From positions 92,196,001 through 92,260,000 of the forward strand of contig NW_024704743.1 of assembly GCF_018977255.1 (NCBI RefSeq): 64,000 nt of DNA. The letters run 5' to 3'. The notes beneath the pieces were generated by a model, which was not told the origin of the DNA, made no database searches, and was given only the letters and a program-made list of their open reading frames with translations. Within the stretch, counting starts at the first letter, position 1; each line of letters starts with the position of its first letter. The stretch is from Callorhinchus milii. Its lineage: Eukaryota. This document shows positions 1-10,655 of the stretch, piece after piece. Position numbers and translations under genes: made by a program.

Positions 1-430
1 GGGTCGGGGGGGCTGTGGGGGGAGGGCTGTGTGGGGTCGGGCTGTGGGGGGGCTGTGAGGCCGGGGGGGGGGGCTGTGGGGGGGCTGTGGGGCCGGGGGG
101 GGCTGTGGGGTCGGGGGGGGCTGTTGGGGGAGGGCTGTGTGGGGTCGGGGGGGCTGTGGGGGGGCTGTGAGGCCGGGGGGGGGCTGTGGGGTCGGGGGGG
201 GGCTGTGGGGTCGGGGGGGCTGTGGGGCCGGGGGGCGCTGTTGGGGGAGGGCTGTGTGGGGTCGGGGGGGCTGTTGGGGGAGGGCTGTGTGGGGTCGGGG
301 GGGGCTGTTGGGGGAGGGCTGTGTGGGGTCGGGCTGTGGGGGGCTGTGGGGTCGGGGGGGGCTGTGGGGGGAGGGCTGTGTGGGGTCGGGCTGTGGGGGG
401 CTGTGGGGTCGGGGGGGGCTGTGGGGCTGT
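1..430. repeat. G-rich minisatellite (units such as GGGGCTGTGGGGTCGGGG / GGGGGAGGGCTGTGT), truncated by window start
   Basis: Directly visible imperfect tandem repeats with many G runs of 4 or more; G-quadruplex-capable on the + strand. Confidence 0.95.
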
Positions 431-580
431 GGCACTGGTCTCCGGAGCTCGAGTGCTGATACTTGGGACCGTTTAACGGCCCCTCCGCGCTCGGACTTGT
501 GGGAGGTGAAACATCCTCTCGCGCAGGCGCAGTGCGAGCGCGGAGAGGAAGGCGCCAAAATGTCATAATGAACAGCGAGC
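431..580 (-). promoter_or_regulatory. CpG-rich promoter-like segment, probably for a divergent (minus-strand) gene
   Basis: High CpG density; NRF1-like GCGCAGGCGCA at 521-531; E2F-like TTTTGGCGCC on minus strand at 551-560; abuts the CCAAT array. Orientation and target gene are inferred. Confidence 0.5.
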
Positions 581-958
581 GAGACGCCGCGTCCAATCAC
601 GGTGCGCGAGACGCCGCGTCCAATCACAGTGCCCGAGACGCCGCGTCCAATCACGGTGCGCGAAACGCCGCGTCCAATCACGGTGCGCGAGACGCCGCGT
701 CCAATCACGATGCTCGAGACGCCGCGTCCAATCACGGTGCCCGAGACGCCGCGTCCAATCACAGTGCCCGAGACGCCGCGTCCAATCACGGTGCGCGAAA
801 CGCCGCGTCCAATCACGGTGCGCGAGACGCCGCGTCCAATCACGATGCTCGAGACGCCGCGTCCAATCACGGTGCCCGAGACGCCGCGTCCAATCACAGT
901 GCCCGAGACGCCGCGTCCAATCACGGTGTCCGAGACACACCGTCCAATCACAGTCGGA
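581..958. repeat. 27-bp tandem repeat, 14 units, each with a CCAATCA box; 5-unit (135-bp) higher-order period
   Basis: Consensus GAGACGCCGCGTCCAATCACGGTGCGC; variant order recurs every 5 units, visible in the 463..993 translation (GA,SA,GA,N-GA,DA twice). Confidence 0.97.
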
Positions 959-1099
959 GAGGAAGGCTTCCAGGCGGACTTGAACAAGTCTGAGGAGAAG
1001 TGCATTCACTGTGCAATTATAATAATATACTAATAATCCTTACATTTGATATAGCGCTTTTCACGTCTCAAAACGCTTCACAGAATATACTACAAAGTG

Positions 1100-1905
1100 A
1101 ATTGAAGGCCCTGAACAGACAGAGTTATGGGCCCGAGCTGAGGGTGGAGGGCAGGGGAGAAGCAGGGAGATCGAAAGCACGGTCAAAGAGGAGGACCTTC
1201 GGGTGGGTCCTGATGGTGGCGAGTGAGGGAGCGAGATGGAGGGACTAGGGGATGGAGTTCAAGAGGTTGTGCAGAGCGGCGGAAGGTCCTCCCACCGATA
1301 GTGGGGCGAGCAGGGTGGGGGACGTGAAGCAGGCCGGAGCCCGCTGAGCAGAGGGAGAGAACAAGGTGATGGGGGTTAGGAGGTCGGAGAGGTAGGGGGT
1401 GCAAGACCATGGATCTTGATCTGATCTTGAACTGTATCCTCTGTGATGGGAAGCCAGTGGAGTTGGGCAAGGATGGGGGTGATAAGGTCGTGGAGCCTGG
1501 TGTGAGTGAGGACATGGGCTGCAGAGTTCTGGATGATCTGCAGCCTGTGGAGGGAGGAGTTGGGGAGACCGACAAGCAATGAGTTTGCCTAGTCGAGCCT
1601 CAATGTAATGAACGGTTCTCTTCAACCGTGCCTTCAGCTCCCCTCTCGACTCTCTACCCCCTTCTCGCTCCCTCCCTTCCCTCCCCTCCCCCTGACCATT
1701 TCCCCCCTGCTCGGGTCCCGACTCAAGTGCCTTGGGACGTCCTCCCGACGTGAAAGGCGCTTTATAAATGCAATCTTGTTGTTGAAGGCATGTATAAGGG
1801 TTTCAGCGGCCTGCAGTGTGAGACAGTGTCGGAGCCCGGCGACATTGCGGAGGTGGGGGAAGGCAGAGCGGGTCATGGCACAGATGTGGGGTAGAAAGGA
1901 TAGTT
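1100..1905 (-). mobile_element. L2-clade LINE 3' fragment (older copy), interrupted by a younger L2 tail
   Basis: Minus-strand peptides [18 protein letters not shown] and [17 protein letters not shown] match the L2 ORF2 C-terminus. Confidence 0.85.
1613..1782 (+). mobile_element. Young L2 3' end inserted antisense into an older L2; candidate TGAA target-site duplication
   Basis: Close match to the 3' UTR of the 24151 and 40262 copies, ends in (TTG)n; TGAA at 1609-1612 and 1783-1786. Confidence 0.85.
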
Positions 1906-2848
1906 GAGGCTCATGGATTGAGTGAAATTCCTTATGTGTTTCCTAAAGTTGGAAGGCATTGCTAGGGTAACAAAATATGCAGAAGAATGCAGAAATGCAG
2001 AAAGGTGTCAAAGCTGCTTTGATATCTGAAAATTTTGAACAACTACCCAACAGGCTTTGCCATCTGTGATAAGGTTGTAAGTCTTGCATAATGATGTGCT
2101 GTATAAGTATAAATTGTGTCAAATGGTATAGTACTGGATCAAGTGTGTTGACATCTTCAAGTGACTGAGTTTCATCATACCAAACACGAAGGATTAAATG
2201 ACACCTCTATACCAGGGGGGATATATTCTGCTAATGTATTTGTCCCTCATTCTAGGGCTCTGCCGAAGTGAGGAAGCCAGAGTTAAAGCAAGGCCCAGGC
2301 CTGAAGCTGAGGAGAGCCAGGTAGCACTCAGCAACGAGCACCTTTTAAGAGTGTCATCACAAATGCAAATCTGTTTGTATTATTGCTATAGTTTTACTAT
2401 TCTATAGTTATGGGAATTTTGGCAGGAAAGAAAAAGGACCAAAGTGAATACAAAAAGCAGTATCAGGAATTCAACCATTTTTCTATTAAAAAACAATTCA
2501 GATCTGCAAGCAATTTTCCCCAACAAAGAACACTATAATTAGTCTTGTTGCTCTTTTAAATGCTCTCTGATGAATTAATATTGGTGCTCATACCTGCCTA
2601 AAGTATGACATGTTTGGTTAGGAAATGTTCTGGTTATTGTCACATTATCTCTACAAAAATAAGAACGACCTTTGTAATATTCTTGCTCAAACTGTTGAAT
2701 TGTCCTTCTCCTACCAATGCAAATTGTTAGTTTAAACCCCCTCAATGTGCAGGTTTCTGTCACTGAAAGGGTTGAACACTGACCGACTCCAAATAAGCAT
2801 ACACTGACTGCAAATACTGGTCTATACATACAGAGTGTACAAAGTGTA

Positions 2849-3222
2849 GAGTCATGTAGTTTATTGTTGAGAGCCCTCGCAAGCGAGAGGACCTTGGTTC
2901 GATTCCCGGGCAGGGCTAAAAGTTGTGCAAGTTGCCAGACTCCACACGCCTCTGTTCGCCCGGCAGTAAGTAGGCACTCGGCTGTTAGCCAATTGGTGAT
3001 AGCCCCAGATCGATTTTCCAGGGAATAATAATCCTTCGAAAATAACAATAATTTGGCCACTCGATTACACGACTGTTCGTGGGACACTGCTGTGTGCAAT
3101 CGGCTGCCGGGTTTTGCCCACGAAATATAGTCGATTCACTTTACAGTCTATTCTGCGAAGCGCTCTGAGACGTCTCGAAGTCTTTGATAAGGCGCTGCAC
3201 CAAGTGCAGGGAATGTTGTTGT
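2849..3222 (+). mobile_element. tRNA-derived SINE (long subtype, Deu-like body, L2-type tail), decayed
   Basis: B-box GGTTCGATTCCC, body TGTTCGTGGGACACTGCTGTGTGCAATCGGCTGCC and tail hairpin; aligns to the 11631 and 34340 copies. Confidence 0.85.
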
Positions 3223-3229
3223 CACAGAC

Positions 3230-3375
3230 TGAGCTGCACTCACACTCGCACAGTGCACTGAGGTGTCTGAGCACACGCGGGGCGGCGTGAACGCGCGTGC
3301 GCGCTGGTTGCCAGGGGTGGGGGGGGGGAGGAGCGGGGCCTGGGGATCGCGGTGCGCGAGTGCGGCCTAAAGCAG
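3230..3375 (+). other. SOCS6: Probable non-coding exon 1 of SOCS6 within a CpG island (~3270-3570); start approximate
   Basis: CpG island with GC boxes; consensus donor CAG|GTGAGT at 3375/3376; vertebrate SOCS6 has a non-coding first exon and one coding exon. Confidence 0.65.
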
Positions 3376-3619
3376 GTGAGTGGATGAGGAGCGAGGGCAG
3401 CGCGGATACTGGGGCACAGCCCCGGGCAGGGGAGGGGAGCGGAGCAGAGGGCCGAGCCCGGGCCCGGGAGACAGACCCACCCACCGACCCCGGACTGGGA
3501 GCCGCTGTCCCCGGGCTCAGCTGTGACCAGGAGGCGGCGGCGGCGGCCGGAGCCCAGACTCACTGCAGCTGAATCAGGAGGAGCCGCCTCCAGAGTAACA
3601 GCGATTTATAGCCATCAAC

Positions 3620-3968
3620 ACCCCCTCCTCCCCCCCACCCGGTAATACCACCCCCCCCCCCCGGCAATACCCCCCCCCCGGCAATACCCCCCCCCCGGCA
3701 ATACCACCCCCCCCCCCCGGCAATACCACCCCCCCCCACCCCCCCCCCCCCCCCGGCAATACCACCCCCCCCCCCCCCCGGCAATACCCACCCCCCCCAC
3801 CCCCCCCCCCCCCCCGGCAATACCACCCCCCCCCCCGGCAATACCACCCCCCCCCCCCCCCGGCAATACCACCCCCCCCCCCCCACCCCCCCCGGCAATA
3901 CCACCCCCCCCCCCCCGGCAATACCACCCCCACCCCCGGCAATACCCCCCCCCCCCGGCAATACCAAC
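3620..3968. repeat. C-rich minisatellite, unit CCGGCAATACC(A)C(n)
   Basis: More than a dozen GGCAATAC cores separated by variable poly-C. Confidence 0.95.
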
Positions 3969-3969
3969 C

Positions 3970-5070
3970 CGGCAGCCCACCCCGACCCTCAACCCCTCCG
4001 GCTCTCAGCAACCCGCCCCCACCGCCCCCAACTCACCCCCCACCCCCCCCCCCCAGGCCCTCAAACCCCCCCCCGGCCCTCAACACCCCCCAACCCTCAA
4101 GCCCCCCCTCAAGCCCTCACCGCCCCCCCCCCCCTCAGGCCCTCCCCCCCTCCCCCAGGTCCTCAACTCCCCCACTTCTCCGCCAGGCCCTTGACCCCCC
4201 CCCCAGGCCCTCAACCCCCCGCCAGCCCCTCAACCCCCTCCGCCGCCCCTCAACCCCCCTCCGCCAGTCCCTCAACCGCCCTCCGCCAGTCCCTCAACCC
4301 CCCTCCGCCAGCCCCTCAACCCCCCTCCGCCAGCCCCTCAACCCCCCTCCGCCAGCCCCTCAACCCCCCTCCGCCAGCCCCTCAACCCCCTCCGCCAGCC
4401 CCTCAACCCCCCCTCCGCCAGCCCCTCAACCCCCTCCGCCAGCCCCTCAACCCCCCTCCGCCAGCCCCTCAACCCCCCTCCGCCAGCCCCTCAACCCCCT
4501 CCGCCAGTCCCTCAACCGCCCTCCGCCAGCCCCTCAACCCCCCTCCGCCAGCCCCTCAACCCCCCTCCGCCAGCCCCTCAACTCCCCTCCGCCAGCCCCT
4601 CAACCCCCCCTCCCTCAACCCCACCCCCCCCCAACCCCTCCTCCCCGGCCCTCAACGCCCCCCTCCTCTCCCCGGCCCTCAACGCCCCCTTCCTCTCCCC
4701 CGGCCCTCAACCCCCCCCCCCCCTCCTCCGGCCCTCACCCCCCCCTCCTCCGGCCCTCAACCGCCCCCCCCTCCCTGGCCCTCAACGCCCCCCTCCTCTC
4801 CTCCGGCCCTCAACGCCCCCCCCCCCCCCTCCTCCGGCCCTCAACCCCCCCCTCCCCTGGCCCTCAACCGCACCCCCTTCCCCCGGCCCTCAAACCCCCC
4901 CCCCTTCCTCCGACCCTCAACCCCCCCCCCAGCCCTCAACCCCCATCCCATCCCCCGGGCCCTCAACCACCCCCACCATCCCCCCTGGCCCTCAACCCCC
5001 CCGACCCTCAGCCCCCAGCCCCTCAACTCCCCCCAACGGCCCTCAACTATCCCCCTCTTCTCCCCTCCCC
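3970..5070. repeat. C-rich minisatellite, core CCCTCAAC; homogeneous ~22-bp unit CCCCTCAACCCCCCTCCGCCAG at ~4220-4610
   Basis: Directly visible tandem repeats; G-quadruplex-capable on the minus strand. Confidence 0.95.
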
Positions 5071-5499
5071 CACTTTGGACGTAGATTGCAGTTTTTTTAA
5101 TGCTTTTGTGGTGCATGCTGGCATATTTTTCTGGTGTTTTTGGTTGCTTGTGGGCTTTTTTCTGACTGGAATATCTGTTTTCAGGGAAGATGAGGCAGAG
5201 AGATATTAAATTTGCAATCATGACTGTCAAATAATTGTGCTTACAGGAAGAGACTTTGAAATGTAGAAATAACATAAATTTGGGAACACAGTATTTGAAT
5301 ACCCCTTCTGTTTGGAAGCGTTGTAGTGGTATGAACACAACGAATCAAAATTCTTGTGATTGAACATGGACTGTTGAGAAAGTTTGCACTTTGATGTTTT
5401 GAATTAGAAAAATGTCTGATTTTTCGATTGGTTTATTTGTAGGTTTGGATTATTTCTGGGGAAAAATAATAGACTAATTGTAGTAATTATTTTGGTCAG

Positions 5500-6115
5500 C
5501 CAGGTGCCTTGACACATGCAGAAATCTATCGCCATGCTTAAGTGTATCCAAACCAAACTGAGAATTCCATGCATCCCATCTACACATGGAAATCCCAGAG
5601 ATAGATTGTTGGAATGGAATGCACACTCTCTCCCTGGAGGGATGCATCCTTCTTACCTAATTCTGGAAAGTATTTGGCGCAGGTCGGCAAGAGCCAGGGC
5701 GTGGGGTTCCCAGAGTATATTGGGGTACTGCTCCCGACGCCTTGGGACGTCCTCCCGATGTGAAAGGCGCTCTATAAATGGAATCTTGTTGTTGTTGTTG
5801 TTGAAAAACCTCATAGCTTGCCATTGATATCGCTTTCTGACAAGCTTTCTCACTGTTTGTCCAGCTAGGACCGCCCTACCCATTAGGGCTTTGGCTTGCA
5901 TGGTTAACAGGAGTTGAGTGGTATGATTCCCAGATCCAGTGTCTGTTCTGCCCTTCCAAATCCAGGCTTGCTATGCTGTCATCAGCAGCGTCCTGGAATA
6001 CTGCGGACCTGCCTGGCTCAGTAACCAGACTACCGAGACTGCCACAGAGGGTTGGCTTGATTTCAATATTTCGTTGCCAAACATGACACCTTGGAGCCAG
6101 TTCAGCTCCAAGGAC
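5500..6115 (+). mobile_element. Unclassified interspersed repeat (family X), longest copy, interrupted by a ~70-bp L2 tail at ~5732-5803
   Basis: Homologous segments at 6690-7010(+), 15172-15250(+), 34770-34908(-) and 51010-51420(-). Confidence 0.75.
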
Positions 6116-6689
6116 ACCCCCCTCTCTTCTCTACCCCCCACCCCCCCGAGATAGTCACTAGTTGGTCATTCGTCATTCGACAAGCGCCGGGTTTGAGCCC
6201 TCACAAGGTAGATGGTAGGTACCAGGAATTCCCTGTGAGCTTCCTGGTGGGCAACATATCTCAGCATGAAATTTGTGACAGCATTGCCAACGTCTTCCTG
6301 TCCGCAGCTCGGCCACCCAGGTTCCAATTGTTGGAACTTCCCATTGAGTGATAGTTCCAACAAATGGAGGTGTCGGGTTTAAGCAGCAGCTGCTTGCCTC
6401 TGCAGGGAGATCAAGGTGGATTCCAGAGCTGGATATCTGAACTTGTGTTCACAAACTCGGATTCCAGATAACGCCTTCCAGCAGTTGTCACCCTAAACCT
6501 CAGAATTTCCTCATCAACTACTAGCGGATATCTGCCTTCAGTGTGGTGGTGGACCTTTACAGGACAGCTTGATTACTTGTGACTGATTGCGGCTAACAAG
6601 TAGCACTATTTGGAATTAAATGAAGTGAGAATCTCAAGATGTCATTTAAAGAGGAATACACTTTTTTTTAATTTTCAAAATAATAGCTT

Positions 6690-7010
6690 CCCCGATGCTT
6701 GTCCAGCTATTACCATGGCTTTGGTTTGGACTAAGTAGGAACAACACCTGCCCCCCATGGTTGGGCTACCCTCTAAGTCCTAGTCATGAGCCATACTGCC
6801 TGGGATGTCATCAGTAGTGCCTTGGAGTACTGGAGCACTGTGGTCCCGAGTGGCTCAGGAATCAGACTATCAAACTTGCCGGTATGGGAAAAGAACAAAA
6901 CAGGAGAGCCCCTGCCACCCACTCCCCCCCCCCCCCCCCCGGGAATCCCATTGAGGCATAGACCTTTGAACATTGCCAAGTTGAATGCTAGGATGTCATT
7001 TTGGTCTTGA
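6690..7010 (+). mobile_element. Family X partial copy
   Basis: TTGTCCAGCTA..GGCTTTGG..GTCATCAGTAGTGCCTTGGAGTACTG..GGCTCAGGAATCAGACTA parallels 5855-6045. Confidence 0.6.
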
Positions 7011-7559
7011 GTCAAGTTTGGAGAAAAGAAACGTGGTGGAACAAAAGAGACTGCTGTGGCCTCCATGCCCAGCTATTGTTTGTGGGGTGGTGAGGTTTTC
7101 TAGCATACTGCAGCCTTAAACTGCAGCTTAATAATAATCCCTTAAAATTGCAAAAGAGAGATGTGGCTTTTTTGTGGGGTATATTAGAAGAACTTCAACC
7201 GTTTTCTGGGTTTTGTGCTGGATAGAAAGTGAGGAAGGAATTTTAACGCCTCTATTTCCACAATACAAAAATTGTTCCTGAAATCTGCTTGACCAGTCTA
7301 TCAGGTTGAATGATGGAAATTGTTAGAAGATTTTTCCATATAGTTCCCCAAACCAATGTCAAAGGGAAAGTTCTCTACTGCACTATGCTCAGCCAGTAAT
7401 GCATGCATATCTGATATATTTTCCAAAAAGATGATACAGAATCCCCAGAATTATGTTCAGGACCTCTGGGAGATCTTTTAATGTCTTGAGTTGATTTTAA
7501 TTTAGTGATTCCAAAAGTGTCGCTCAACTATTTTGCATCATATTCCCAGTTTAGATTTC

Positions 7560-8225
7560 AGTTGAATGTCGACAAATATCAAGGTTGACACCCATCTCCT
7601 TGGCTTGGCTTTCCACCTCAGGCACTGGCGGAGTTGACTTGGACAGATGCTCACTCTGTCTTACAGAGATGGTGTGGAACCTCAGAGCTTTGTTTGACCT
7701 CCCCCCACCCGCCCAAGCCTGTCTTTCAAGCTCACTCAGCTTATCTAACCTCCGCAAATTTGTCTGCTTCCACCACTACCTCGCGCCCCCCCCCAAACTG
7801 CTGAGATCCTGATTCACACTTTCATCACATCCAGTCTTGACTATTTTAACATCCTGATCACTGAACTCCCCAACTCCTCCCTAAAAATCAGTGGACAATC
7901 CAGAATTCTGCAGCTGTGTCATGTCCCTCAGCAGGTTCAGTGAGCCTGTCACCCACATCCTTGCTCAGCTCCAGGGATCAAATTGAAGATCTTCGCCCTA
8001 GCATTTAACTCCCTCCACCTCCTCACCCCATCCTATGTCTAAATTCCTCCCTCCCTTAAGCCTGCACTTTAACTGCACGTTCGGTCATTTTCTTCCCCAC
8101 CACCCCCCAGCTCCCTCTTCCCCAATTTCCTTTTCTCCCCTTCCCCACCCCAGGTTCATTAAGCTACAAAGTGCTCTGAGAAGTCCTCTCGATGTGGAAA
8201 AACAATATAAAAATGTAAATTGTAC
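7560..8225 (+). mobile_element. Old decayed L2 3' fragment
   Basis: Remnants of AEILIHTFITSSLDY and IQNSAA motifs; degenerate tail hairpin. Confidence 0.65.
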
Positions 8226-8239
8226 TTTGATTAAAAAGT

Positions 8240-8576
8240 AGGATGAACAAAGAGAAACTATTTCCACGGGCGGGTGGGTCGGTAACCCGGAGACACCGAT
8301 TTTAAAATAGTTGTTAAAAGAAACAGATGGGAGGTGAGGAGAATTTTTTTCACAAGGCAAGTTGTACGGATCTGGAATGGATTCTCAGAAAAGGTGGTGG
8401 AAGCCAATTCGATAACAAATTTTAAGAGAGAAGTAAATAATTATTTGGGGAGGACAAGTTTGCAGGGCTATGGGGGGAGAGCAGGGGAGTGGGATTGAGT
8501 TAGATAGCTCTTTTCAAAAAGCCGGCACAGACACGATGGGCCAAATGGCCTCCTTCTGTGCTGTATGATTCTATGA
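8240..8576 (+). mobile_element. CR1-clade LINE 3' fragment
   Basis: EVRRIFF-like coding end; 3' UTR nearly identical to 52200-52540; ATTCTATG-type tail. Confidence 0.85.
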
Positions 8577-8916
8577 AATCTTTAATTAACCAATTCGCTT
8601 ATTTACACAAACAAAATCTGTCTTTAGGGCTATTTTCTGTTGGTTGAGCTGATTGTCTTTCTTATCAGATCAGTGGTATTTGCCTGACACTAACCAAGCA
8701 GACAACTCTGGTAAAACTGAACACTTGATTGACCAAAAAGATGTCAAGTATTTTAATAATACATATAGGATGTACTAACTATTATTTTATTCACTAAATG
8801 TTAAGTAAAAGTTGTAATTGACAAACATACAATTACAAAAAAAAAACATATAGCGGGGCTCAATCTTAAAATAGAAACGTCAACAGTACCAATGTTATAT
8901 CCAAAGTTAATAAACG

Positions 8917-9698
8917 TAATCCTTGCATTTTATGTTAGAATAATAACAGTATTTACACTTCACAGCAGGAGAACATTTTAAAGCACTTAGTGGGATACAC
9001 TGTAAAGTGTAGTGACTGTTTTTGTGGGTGAACATGGCAGTCAGTTAGCACACAGCAAGTGTCCCACAAACAGCCATGAAATGAATGACCTATTTTTTGA
9101 GAGATTGTTGGCCAGGACGTAGGGAGAAACGCCCTTCTCATTTCGAATAGGGCCATAGGATCTTTAATGTACACCTAGTCAGGCAGACAGGGGTTCAGTT
9201 TAATATCTCATCCGAAGGAGTCGCCTCCAACAATGCCACGACCACCCACAGAACTGCATCGACTGTCAGCTTATACTATACAAGTTCCAAGTCACAACGT
9301 GAACCCATTGAACCCACAGCTTTAATAGTAATAATAATAATCCTTGCTTTTGATATAGAGCTTTTCACGTCGGGAGGATGTCCCAAAGCGCTTCACAGAA
9401 CACACTGTAAAGTGAATTGACTGTATATTTGTGGGTGAACGCGGCACCAATTGCGCACAGCAATGTTTCACAAACAGTCGTAGATTGAAAATGACCAATT
9501 TATTATTGTTTTTGGTTTTGGAGGGATTATTATTAGGCTCTGTGTGGAGTAAGGAAACTTGCCCAAGGTTTCGCCCTCTGCCTGGAATTGAACTCAGGTC
9601 CCTCGCTTGCAAAGCGAGTGCTCTAACCACTGAGCTACAGGACTCCACTCCGCTTTCTGACTCGGAGGCGAGAATGCTACCAACTAAGTCAGACTGAC
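8917..9698 (-). mobile_element. Older Deu-type tRNA SINE (SacSINE1-like) split by a younger SINE
   Basis: Head at ~9650-9698 (reverse complement GTGTCAGTCTGACTTAGTTGGTAGCATTCTCGCCTCCGAGTCAGAA), body and tail at 8917-9320; same family as 30051. Confidence 0.75.
9323..9646 (-). mobile_element. Young tRNA-derived SINE (short subtype)
   Basis: Reverse complement nearly identical to 51537-51842; A/B boxes; (ATT)n tail. Confidence 0.92.
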
Positions 9699-10339
9699 AC
9701 ACAAATATAGAGCCTTTCAGTTCAGGAGAATGTCTCAAAGTGCTTCATAGGCTTTAGTGTAAACTATAGTGATTGTATATTTTGTAGGTAAACGTAAAGT
9801 CAGTTTGTGCACAGCAATGTCCAATGAAAACAGCCTTGAAGTGACTGACCAATTTTATCTGGGAGATTGTTAGCCAGGCCTCCAGGAGAGAGTCTGGGAT
9901 TTTTAACATCCACCTGAATAGGAGGCAAGTTCTACTTTCTCGTATCTTGACTTGCATAAACAAGCTATCAGGGGTGACGTGATAGAGGTCTTTAAAGTTA
10001 TGAAAGGTTTTGATAGAGTTGTGTTGTCGTTGTCTCCGAGATCTGGCAAATTAGTCTTGTCTCTCTTTGTTGATGGCAAAGTTCTGATCCCGATTACGTT
10101 TGTGACACATTAATTTCTCCTTTATGGTTCAGAGTTCTTGGTATGCAAAGGAGGGGACTCCTTCAGCCTATTGGCAAGTTCCAGAACCAAGCAATGAGTG
10201 GGATTTGTGTTTTATTAAAAAAAAGGAAAACCACTGCAGGGAGGGTGGGCTCTGACTAACACTGACCTGGTGCTGAGCAACCTGGAAGCAGTTAGCTTCA
10301 CAGTGGGCACGTCTTTTTACCAAAACACTTAATTTGAGG

Positions 10340-10655
10340 ACTTTGATTGCATTTTATATAGTGCCTCATCCCATGTGGTTGAGACATCTCAAAGCACTTC
10401 ATAGAATATATTGCAAAGTGGATTGACTGTATTGTGGGTGAAATGCAGTCATGGATGGAGTGAGCAAATTTCTTTGAGTGATCCGCCGTTCAACTAACAA
10501 CCAAGTTTCTACTTAATGCTAGGTCAACAAAGGCGTGTGGAGTAAGGAAACTTGCCTAAGGTTTCACCCTCCCCAGAATTACAACGGCCTGGGATTCAAA
10601 CCCATGTCCTCTCACTTGCGAGGCGAACGTGCTAACCACTAGTCTATGGGACCCT
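10340..10655 (-). mobile_element. tRNA-derived SINE (long subtype), decayed
   Basis: GGCGTGTGGAGTAAGGAAACTTGCC and a tRNA-like head on the minus strand. Confidence 0.7.

Noticed and set aside
31..568. Gly-rich ORFs in three frames
   Set aside because: Artefacts of a stop-free G-rich minisatellite; non-ATG starts
463..1033. Repeat-protein ORFs (RDAASNHGA)n and a CRISPR-like appearance
   Set aside because: The 27-bp unit keeps several frames open on both strands; units are contiguous with no unique spacers, no cas genes, and the context is eukaryotic
3560..5084. Pro-rich 297-aa and Gly-rich ORFs
   Set aside because: Translations of C-rich minisatellites in the presumed intron; no domain signal
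6328..6363. 11-bp inverted repeat TTGTTGGAACT/AGTTCCAACAA
   Set aside because: Isolated short hairpin without supporting context; not distinguishable from chance
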